Assembly: GCA_965637545.1 (NCBI GenBank)
Contig: OZ281499.1
Coordinates: forward strand, 15,624,001-15,688,000
Direction of reading: 5' to 3'
Length of the DNA stretch: 64,000 nt
Source of the DNA: Phallusia mammillata
Taxonomy: Eukaryota
Position 1 is the first letter of the stretch. Every line of letters begins with the position of its first letter. The notes under the pieces were generated by a model. The model saw only the letters and a program-made list of their open reading frames with translations. It was not told the DNA's origin and ran no database searches. Of the stretch, positions 24,001 to 32,144 are shown in pieces. Both the position numbers and the translations under genes were made by a program.

Positions 24001-27000
24001 ATTTTCCAGCGGGGTTATTACAATAAAAGCAGTTTGTAGTTATGCGTGCAATATTTGACTGGAATTTTGAATGTCAACATTAGAGCTACGTCAGTTTTGG
24101 AATTGCCTAACAATGTCAAACTTTTAATCGATATTGTAGTTTTGTCAACGAACTAAGTGACTGCCGTCCAAACATTAAAACACACATTATGACTGAAAAC
24201 TGAATCGCTTTTCTACTTCATTTAAATAACGCAAAAAAATTACAAAAAAACTAATATATTTCAGAAGTTTTAACGTTATCGTTTTACAAGGCAATTGACA
24301 ATACTTTGCTGAGTTGACCTAAAACGAAACACCGACAAATCAATCAAAACCTCATGACCAATAAACACAAAACAAACCGAGTATTGATTTTGTCCTGCTG
24401 TCTAGGTCAACTGGCAATGTCGAAATGCTGCCACAGCATCGAACAAATTGAAAAGGATTAAAATGATTAAAATCAATCACATAAAAAGGCTCCCTAGGAC
24501 AGGTGAGGGGAATTCCCATGATGTAATTGCATTTAGATATGTCCAAAAGCAATCAGTGACAAAAAATAATTGCAAAAATGTAACAAAGCAATTTGTCACA
24601 TAGAAGGCTAAAATTCTATTTTTATTCAGAAAGCTAAGATTACTATTTGACCCATAATGTTTTGGCAAAGAAAAATGCCATCTGACAACATTTTGATTGA
24701 TGCCTGTTATTTTTTTGGTGGACTCATATTTACTGACTATGACCCGTAAGTTGACCTTTCTTGCCCTCAAGCATAGAAACAGTAGACCAGGAAATTCCAA
24801 TTACATGCCCAAGTTGCTTTCTTTTAAAAATGTCATGACTTTTGAGTTGGATGTATTTGGCACAATTTGTTTTTAAACTATAATTTTGAAGACAAAATTT
24901 GTTTTGCTGAATTTTTTGAGTAAACTTTTAACCAAATTTTAATGAAAAAAACATTACTTCAAACATTTTCCGACAAACATTTAAATTAACAGCACAACAT
25001 TGACCTATTTACAACTTTAAAATGTTGTATTGATATGGGGAGCATTTGGAACAACAAGGAAGCTTAACACAACAAACAAGTAAGACTATGTTTGCAAAAG
25101 ACCACAGATAAACGTTTGATTATTCTTGGATGGGCAAGAAAGGGACAGTGAAAACAAATCTATTGATATACAAGAACTCAATCTGTCAACATAATAGAGC
25201 TTTGCGGCACACAGCATGGCAAAGCAATAATGCCCCGAATTCAACAACAACCTTTATTACTTGACTTCCTGTGTTAAACAAAGAAGCCATCAACAGATAA
25301 ATGGCACAGACTCTTTTGTCATAAAGGTTGTTTTTCCACACAAAGGATCAGAATTCGGTTAAGTCCTTTTTATCACAATAAAGATAGAGGAAAATCTTTT
25401 CAAAAAACTAAACAGAACATTTTGTTTGAAACAAAACAAGTTACTTTTTTTAAATTACCCAGAAATGTATCTTAGTTACAGGTATACTTTTGGATAATAG
25501 CATAGTGGAGTAGCCCACCATAATTTGACAGTGATTAAAGGGCCATCCACCCATCTACACTTGTAATCTTCTACTCTGCACAGGTCATTAATCCTCTGCT
25601 TAGCAACAAATGTCAGTGGATAATCATGATTGTAATCACTAGTTTAGCTCTTGCCTTTCAAAATTGGGACACGGTTACTAGGTCAAAACTTAGTCAAACA
25701 AAAAAACTGTTATTTGCGAGTGAAGTGCAAAATAACCCTAGTAGTATTGTTTTGTGCAATATATATATAAATTAACAACCATGAAATTCATTTGGGAACA
25801 AATTTGATGTTAACAGTACTTGTAAATCTCGCTTTAAGTGACAATGTTTGCCTTAGCCAAACAAGACATGGAGCGTAGACAATTACCTTCTTTTTCAAAA
25901 TTTCACATTTTCGGTGAATGCATATTTGCTTTCCTTTGGCACGATTGATGCAGTTCATACATGATCCACAATTCTCCTTACGCTGACATGGTCCACAATG
26001 CCCACATGCTTTTCGCTTCTTTCGAGAGTTCTGCAAAATATTGAATATATTTTCATAAGAAATGACTTAATATTAAATTTATGTACATCACCATCTGAGA
26101 TGAACTTACTTTTTATCCTTTATAAAACATTAATTATTCATAAGCAACATTCTATTAAACTCCCTGAATGTTTGCACACTGAACTAAATATAAAAGTGCA
26201 GATAAATCTGATAACATTACCACTGAACATCACATATATTAGCATCACACAGAAGCTTGACACATCAATTAGTTATGGTGCCTCTTTAGTTTGACAGCAA
26301 GGAAAATTTACCGAACATAATAATGCTAAAAATAGAATAAAAATGTTTTGGATGTTACCAATTTAAGAAAACACGTACATTTATATCTCCACGAGGGTCC
26401 ATGTCTGATCCATTGCTTGGATTAGTGGCTGGAGATGGGACAAGACCTTTTCGATCTGTAAATAACATGAATTAATTAACTAAGTTAAAATACTGTATTT
26501 TACATAAAATACTGTATTTTTCAACAAAGTTAGTATATTGAAGAAGTATTACCTGTGTGCCCTGACAATAGCGATGGAAATGGTGGCCTTAACGACGCAT
26601 CAGAACCCATGCCGTACCCAGCAAGTGGTGAACTTCCACGATGATGCAATCCCGGAAACCTACATGACAAACCAAAGTTTGGTCACAAAAGTTCACAGCA
26701 AAAAACAGTTTTACAAGGCAATTGACATTTGAATTCAACAGGCGTATTAACAGCCCGAAAATTAATCACAAGGAAATCTAGTCAAACATCATGCCTCATT
26801 AAGGAAACACAATTGAAATGTAATGCCAAGTAAGAAGACCAGAATGCTTGGAAACAAAATTGTACATCAAGGGTTAAAAAGTATTTTAAGTAGTTGAGAG
26901 TACACAACAAATGGCACTGTAAGCAGAATGTCATTACAGCTGAGAAAGCAACACTTAACATTTTATAGAATACTTTTAGTCCAGTTGGTTTTGAATAATT

Positions 27001-27801
27001 GATAAGATTGTCAGTTGTGAGCCACTGAAATGGGAAAGCAAATCTAGTTATAACACATGAGGGCTTCTATAGCTTTAAAGCACAATGCATTATGGCATCA
27101 AAGCTTTTGCAGAACACACAACTACATTTTGTAATGCAAACAAGGGCATTCATTCCAATTGTCCATGCATGAGCATAAAATTGACACCGAAGTATTTGAG
27201 TGTTACTAGGTAACGTATAAAGTGTAACAAAACATTGTTTGTGCTGTACAAAAGTTTACCTTGTCATCATGTGTGGATTAAATAGAAGGTTTCTGTCGGT
27301 CATGGATTGGCTTGGTGGTAAATGCATGGGCAAAGGGTTGGAAAATCCAGGATAGGAAGGCGACGGGAATAGAGGAGACTGCGTCTGGGGTTGAATGCCG
27401 GATTGCCCGTAGTTCAAAAGGCCGGGATTCGTCCTTGGTGTTATGTGCAAAGGGTGGGTTGCAGCATGGTAGGGATGCGACCCTAGCATGCCTGATCCAA
27501 AGAGAGACTGGCCGATATCGTTGATCCCGCCAAACGGAAGGGACGATGCACTACTTGTTGGATTTGGGAACATACTGTCACGATTGTAGGGGTTTCCGAG
27601 GCCTGAACTGCCATCGTAAGGTGGCACATAGGACTGTGGGTACAAAGATTGCGTGGCTGCAGAGCCGGGATCAGCACCATGCGTGGATGGCGAGTAACCA
27701 ACAGCTGGTACAGGTGGTACACTTTGCATGGTACCAGATAAATGGTCGGATAACTTACGACCTGCGTCTTTCATTACAGATACATTGTTATTTAAGTTCA
27801 T
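1..27801 (-). CDS. TET: TET-family methylcytosine dioxygenase with N-terminal CXXC, 19 coding exons, 3' end runs off the window
   Basis: Join (minus): 27260-27801, 26553-26659, 26379-26455, 25887-26030, 18533-18592, 12750-12824, 12377-12515, 9352-11862, 7414-8064, 6791-6918, 6663-6719, 5956-6164, 4955-5198, 4083-4229, 3297-3449, 2215-2426, 1061-1712, 197-370, <1-83. All introns are GT-AG, phases are consistent and the frame stays open. TET motifs: [106 protein letters not shown]. Confidence 0.95.
197..370 (-). CDS. TET: TET coding exon 18 (third Fe ligand His and 2-oxoglutarate-binding Arg)
   Basis: [43 protein letters not shown]...IEK. Confidence 0.96.
1061..1712 (-). CDS. TET: TET coding exon 17 (Pro-rich insert and return to DSBH)
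   Basis: Includes the 219-aa ORF; ends [24 protein letters not shown]|GTAAGA. Confidence 0.92.
2215..2426 (-). CDS. TET: TET coding exon 16 (start of DSBH insert, basic NLS-like motif)
   Basis: [43 protein letters not shown]...ENT(W); phase 0 to 2, matches exon 17. Confidence 0.85.
2600..2777. mobile_element. Degenerate hAT-like fragment with ccgactcc repeats
   Basis: Repeated gactccga/gacttc motifs ending ccgacttcacaaccc; only one terminus recognisable. Confidence 0.4.
3297..3449 (-). CDS. TET: TET coding exon 15
   Basis: [51 protein letters not shown]. Confidence 0.95.
3476..3640. mobile_element. MITE family A (pogo/Tigger-like), degenerate copy
   Basis: TA|cactaaacctcggt ... gcgaggtttact; internal ccgaattagg and tacaaatcatttg shared with the other copies. 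Confidence 0.7.
4083..4229 (-). CDS. TET: TET coding exon 14 (DSBH, Fe-binding HxD)
   Basis: [49 protein letters not shown]; 147 nt, phase 0-0. Confidence 0.96.
4692..4878. mobile_element. MITE family A (pogo/Tigger-like), 187 bp
   Basis: TIR CAGTAAACC(G/T)CGGT at both ends, flanked by TA on both sides. Confidence 0.85.
4955..5198 (-). CDS. TET: TET coding exon 13
   Basis: [35 protein letters not shown]...APDAHKNQ. Confidence 0.96.
5956..6164 (-). CDS. TET: TET coding exon 12
   Basis: [38 protein letters not shown]...RRCATNE; not in the ORF track; ttttag| and |GTAAGT. Confidence 0.95.
6663..6719 (-). CDS. TET: TET coding exon 11
   Basis: [19 protein letters not shown]; 57 nt, phase 0-0. 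Confidence 0.95.
6791..6918 (-). CDS. TET: TET coding exon 10 (Cys-rich domain)
   Basis: [43 protein letters not shown]. Confidence 0.93.
7414..8064 (-). CDS. TET: TET coding exon 9 (ends at the start of the Cys-rich domain, FPPCACIP)
   Basis: Extends the 211-aa ORF; ttgttcag| and CAG|GTAAGG; phase 1-1. Confidence 0.9.
8192..8530. mobile_element. MITE family A, inverted copy with internal 85-bp tandem amplification
   Basis: TA flanks; 3' end accgaggtttactg; gacattggtt recurs at 8281, 8366 and 8451. Confidence 0.85.
8881..9167. mobile_element. MITE with 14-bp TIR CAGTGGCGGATCTA
   Basis: Perfect inverted termini; ATACC directly on both flanks. Confidence 0.8.
9352..11862 (-). CDS. TET: TET coding exon 8 (2511 nt; Pro/Gln/Ser/His-rich low-complexity region)
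   Basis: Contains the 739-aa ORF; the frame is open upstream to the ctttttag| acceptor at 11863; donor GAAG|GTGAGA; phase 1-1. Confidence 0.9.
12097..12354. mobile_element. hAT/Charlie-like MITE
   Basis: cagttgttcccaacc ... ggttgagaaccactg; TSD degenerate. Confidence 0.7.
12377..12515 (-). CDS. TET: TET coding exon 7
   Basis: tttctgcag| and CAG|GTACAA; 139 nt, phase 0 to 1, the shift needed to enter exon 8; [46 protein letters not shown]. Confidence 0.82.
12750..12824 (-). CDS. TET: TET coding exon 6
   Basis: ttttgcag| and CAG|GTAAAA; 75 nt, phase 0-0; [25 protein letters not shown]. Confidence 0.8.
13035..13048. promoter_or_regulatory. RFX X-box-like motif GTTGTTATGGCAAC
   Basis: Fits the X-box consensus RTHNYY-WT-RRNRAC; 210 bp upstream of TET exon 6. 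Confidence 0.4.
15873..15886 (-). promoter_or_regulatory. CTCF-like motif CCGCGAGGTGGCGC
   Basis: Close match to the CTCF core consensus; similar motifs at 47956-47969 (-) and 54484-54497 (+). Confidence 0.4.
17130..17480 (+). repeat. Degenerate tandem repeat, about 140-150 bp, about 2.5 copies
   Basis: aacactt..tttgtcgaaac recurs three times, followed by similar acag..aaatg.ctac and tttgt..caacaaa blocks. Confidence 0.65.
18533..18592 (-). CDS. TET: TET coding exon 5 (60 nt, [20 protein letters not shown])
   Basis: Acceptor tgtgtttttgtcaacag| and donor AAG|GTAGGT; phase 0-0; continues CXXC KKK with PGT..PSAE, as recalled for CXXC4. Confidence 0.7.
20243..20765 (+). repeat. 78-bp direct repeat pair (20243-20320 and 20688-20765)
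   Basis: aaatacacatagaaaatgtttaacat(g/a)ggcaac...aaaaggagaa; one mismatch. Confidence 0.92.
20321..20687 (+). mobile_element. Helentron/HINE-like non-autonomous element between 78-bp direct repeats
   Basis: A-rich/AGAAAAA tract, ggacaaaaacaatatg, then terminal hairpin GTCCCCTT-catag-AAGGGGAC (20663-20683); related fragment at about 495-560. Confidence 0.5.
25887..26030 (-). CDS. TET: TET coding exon 4: CXXC zinc finger
   Basis: [48 protein letters not shown]: eight Cys in CXXC spacing; ttttgcag| and |GTAATT; 144 nt, phase 0-0. Confidence 0.93.
26379..26455 (-). CDS. TET: TET coding exon 3
   Basis: tttacag| acceptor and |GTACGT donor; phase 1 in, phase 0 out; (D)[25 protein letters not shown]. 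Confidence 0.75.
26553..26659 (-). CDS. TET: TET coding exon 2
   Basis: catgtag| acceptor and |GTAATA donor; phase 2 in, phase 1 out; (R)[35 protein letters not shown]. Confidence 0.75.
27260..27801 (-). CDS. TET: TET coding exon 1 (putative start; Pro/Ser/Gly-rich N-terminus)
   Basis: 181-aa [17 protein letters not shown]...HMMTR; donor AG|GTAAAC at 27259, phase 2, matches the next exon. Confidence 0.75.
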
Positions 27802-27972
27802 GTGCTTTCATCGTTTACGAAAATATTTGAAGCGCTTGTTTTGACCGTCTACTGTTGAAAATCAGTGAAGCGATTCTGGTGCCTTGACGTCGATAATAAT
27901 ACGTGTATGACGGGCTGTCAGCAACGTAATCCATCAGTTACGATCACAAACTGACAATTCATTGTGCACGAG
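27802..27972 (-). other. Putative TET 5' UTR portion of coding exon 1
   Basis: Polypyrimidine tract plus tgtag| acceptor at 27973; alternative acceptor ttttcaacag| at 27852. Confidence 0.45.
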
Positions 27973-30356
27973 CTACAGTGTTCAGAAAAATAAATAAAAC
28001 CCCTAACCTTTAATAAGTAAAATAAATATCAATAAGATTACCAGAATAAAACCTTATCTTTACGTTTTACTTTGAATTTCGTACTTGTGTTTGCACCACA
28101 AAACATCTGTTACAGAGAGAAACACACTGCAGCGAACTAGAGCTAATGCATGTTTAATGCTTCTGTGCTATTTGCAATGAGTACTTGTTTTCTCACGTGC
28201 TTGTCAGGCTTTTCAACAAATTACTGTCCTTTTCCATTGACTTCATTTAGCTCACTTCCAGTGACACCTCACAATACAAACTGTTCTGGGCTGCCAATAC
28301 AGGTAACGGTAAAAGCGGGGAAAAGTTCCCATCATAACCACACCTATCCGTTGCGCGCTTGTTTTAGTGTTAACATCGCATTGTAGTTCCTAACGTGCGA
28401 CCATCTCAATTTCAACAGGCACAAGTCAGTTATAACAACAAAACAATGTCAAACGTCACCCAATCGCCGATACTCCAATGATTTGCCAAGTTGGTCATTC
28501 AATGAGCACAGCGAACCGCTTGGCCAAACAAAACATTGGCCAAGTTTGTTGTCAGTCAACCTTCTAAATCTGATTATCCCTGCCACAGAGCAAATAAGAT
28601 AACTCGACAACTTTTCTCAATGACGACAAGTTCGGCGAAAGTGCCAGCGGTGTGGCACGATTGGACAGTGGGGGAAAAAATCGAAGATGACAATAATAGC
28701 TTAACGCAACCTTTAGCATACACCAAAACAAACTAACAAAATTGCGCGCTTTTGGTTAATGTTTAACTGGGTCCAGCTACAAACAAAACTCGTTCTTTAT
28801 ATTTCGTGTTTAGCAATGTTGACTTTTGCCATGCAACTAACCGAAAAGGCAATAAAGCCACACAGATCAATGATGCTACAACAAACAATCGGGTCTTAGA
28901 CTTGTTTCAAGCCCACAACTCAGCAAAGAGGCCAATCTTTTAATGACACGAGCAAATAAATGATTGTAGAACTGGCTCGTTTGCTCTTAACCATACAACT
29001 GTTCTGTAACACGGCCGCAATGAATAAGATTATAAACAGTGGGCCACTCCTTTGAGCAAAGCTTTACAGTGAAACCTAATCACTGGTTAATGCTTATACG
29101 TGAACAGGCAAAAGAGAAAACGCGAGATTGAGTTGCGAATCAAACCTTTATTGATTTTGCTGTTGTTTTTCACAAGCTCTCTGTGTACACAGCACTCACT
29201 GCGCCTTTGTGACAAAAAGCACTTAAAACAGGCCTAGAAGAAAAGGTCGAGCTCTAGCAAAAAGGCAATTCAACTCACTACAACACTGATGCCTTAATGC
29301 GGAAAATGTCTGACACGCAAAAACCTCATTGTGTTGACAGAAAAGCGATGGACATTTGCAGTTAATCATCCCTAGAAAACAGCATGTGCCATATGTCACA
29401 TCACATAGCTCCATTGAATGGGGTTCCTCTCCCTGCCCTGCAAGTCTGCTTTTTCCCACGGACAATCGATTGCGACATGATCTATACACTGCAGCTACGA
29501 GCTACGCAACATTGTGGTTTTAAATGTCGTTGCCAATCCTAATTAGGCGACGTAGTTTGATACATTTCTTTCCAATTTCGAAGGGTTCAAAGATCACTAC
29601 GTTTCTAGTAAACAAACGGTATTTTAACTTACACTGTAGTATTCTTGGCCAATTTTTACGCAGCGTCACTATAGAAACAAACTAAACAAGTCTAAATACT
29701 AACTGTATATTTATAAACCAAAAAAGTGCTAAATATATCCTCTATCACATGGCGTAATCCTATATAGAGCACGCAAAATACTGTGAAAACGACGCAATAC
29801 GCATTTTGGATGCCGCGTGAGTTATATCAGTGGCGTCCCCCAACTCTCTGACGCAATCACGTTCGTCATCAAGTATCTTCCGCTGCGTGACCGAATTGGA
29901 CACGTACGGAAATAAGCAGTTGCCAACACAGATTGGCGGCCCTGACTCACTGAGAAAGCAACTGCGCAGAAGGTAAGTCATAAGACATGTACAAACATAC
30001 CAAATTATCAGGAACTGGGCTCTATTCGGGAAAATTTGAATGGTCATAAATATCAAAACGTTATTTTATGCTGATTCATACTGATATATACAATTTCAGT
30101 TTAAAGCCGAATTCCTTAACACTGAATGGTCTGAAACTTAGAACTGTTTATTTTAAGAATACCAAGCCCTTGAACTAAGATTCTACTTGCATTCTCTGCC
30201 TTGCCGTTTTCGTCTAATGACATACCTGTTTTGTTTTCTTATCAAGCAGCACGACTGCTCGCTCAGGTACTTTTTCCAAACTTGCAACACTAGCTTTTTT
30301 GACCACTAATTGCGGCCTTCACATCCAAATCTATGCTTGAAATCTCAAATGAGCAC

Positions 30357-30650
30357 ACTCACTTACAATAGGGTCAACATGAAAACCAGGTCTCCATAAC
30401 CGCTTCCCGCTGGGGGCTACATCTATGCTCAAGCATTTGCCCCCGGGGCGCAGTTAGCCATTTTCTGTAGCCATTGTGTTGACATGCCGTGACCCAGTTA
30501 TCGAGTACTAACAATGGCATGCAACTACTATTTGGCAATTGACTGCACAATAGACACAATAGAGAATTTGAACACCCAATCGAGAGGCACTGCAGCCATT
30601 TTGACGAAACAATGGCAGACTCTCGCCGAAGGCTACAGCGAAAAAGGCAA
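30357..30650 (-). promoter_or_regulatory. Candidate TET promoter / non-coding first exon
   Basis: GC/CpG-enriched block; two YY1-type AAAATGGC motifs on the minus strand (30457-30464, 30595-30602); overlapping donors GTAAGT/GTGAGT at 30366/30362. Confidence 0.35.
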
Positions 30651-31678
30651 TGCAAATGGAAAACAACAAGATTGTTATGTTGTTGTTTGTGTGCAAAGGA
30701 AGTGCGAAAAATATTTACAAAAACAAAATATGTACACGTATATACCGCGCACCTACTTTTTGTCTAAATATTTTCGAAAATATGCTAATCGGATTTAATA
30801 AAAACCTCAATAGGTTTGAACCCATTTGCCATCTGGAACAGAAAATCTGATGAGTCAGCACGTTTCCGTCATACGAAACATAGCACAGTATATGAAACAA
30901 ACACACGTTTCGTACACGCTTGTGTGATGTATAACATTAAGCTACATAGTATGATTAAAGACATGTATTTTGGATCATATCCTCATCAAGCCTTTTTCAC
31001 AGGATATATTGCTGGATAATTTCCGCAAATAAAGCCATCAGAGAATTTAGAACAATTGTAGCAGATATTTTTGACGTTTCTTGAAGTTAAAAAATGCACA
31101 AATCCATTTACATCGGCTAGAACAACAAACCTAAGCCCACAAGATCTTGTCAAACCAGTAAGAAGTTACACCGTAGGTTTTGACATATTGTACCGTTTGT
31201 CGTATTCACATCGCTCACATCCGGGTCACTTCGAAACATAAACACAAGTCATGGAAATAGCCTGGATAGCGTGCAGTGATACCGAGCCAGATACTTCCGA
31301 CAAACTAAGTGCGCCAATGGACATACGTGCACAGGCAAACGGAAATGCGTCCATAAATGTCCTGTTATTGGTAAACAACCTGTGTATTCCTCTCAAGACT
31401 TTTACAACTGAAAAATACAAATAACATAGAAATTGATGCCTTCAAACACTACAGTTGGTTTGCATAGATGATTTCAATTTTTGGGATTGTTTGGTATGAC
31501 ATTTCTGCGTATCTGTAAGTCCTACTGTATCACTGATGTCAACTGTAGGTTTTATAAAACTCCCAATGCCAGGTGTATATCAAGCAACGTACAAAGAACA
31601 ACATACATAAAAGTTCTCTTTCACTTACAAAACATTTTTAGGGACAGTGTGTAATTTTAATCAGAAAGAACTTTTAAG

Positions 31679-32144
31679 TAGTGATGTACCGAATCGGCGA
31701 AATTTCGATTCGGCCGAAACCGAATATTCGGCGGTTTTGCCGAATAAATTCGGCCGAATCAACCGAATCATTTATGACGTCACGCGAAGTCGAACGCTGC
31801 GCATTTGACATGAAAACATAAGTTTTTCCACCAGGCAATTAGTGTAGAATGGTTGTGTTTCGTCCTAATTTTAGTTCTGTGGGGTTTAACATTGCCTCAA
31901 GCATGATTTCCAAACAGACAATGAATTACTGATTTTTGCCTGCAGTGGCAAAAACGTTACTGTGTTAAAAATATAGTAATTGAGGCAATTTTCGTTGGTA
32001 ATGCCCCCAAAAAAACACGTTTAACGCTTTAAATGTGGGTTTGTAAAAGATTCGGTTTCGGCCGAATCGCAACAAATTATTCGGCCGAAACCGAATCTTT
32101 GGAAAAGTGGCCGATTCGCAAACCGAATATTCGGTACAACTCTA
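31679..32144. mobile_element. hAT (Ac-like) MITE with perfect 8-bp TSD
   Basis: CTTTTAAG at 31671-31678 and 32145-32152; TIR tagtgatgtaccgaat / attcggtacaactcta; many subterminal ccgaa/ttcgg motifs. Confidence 0.9.
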
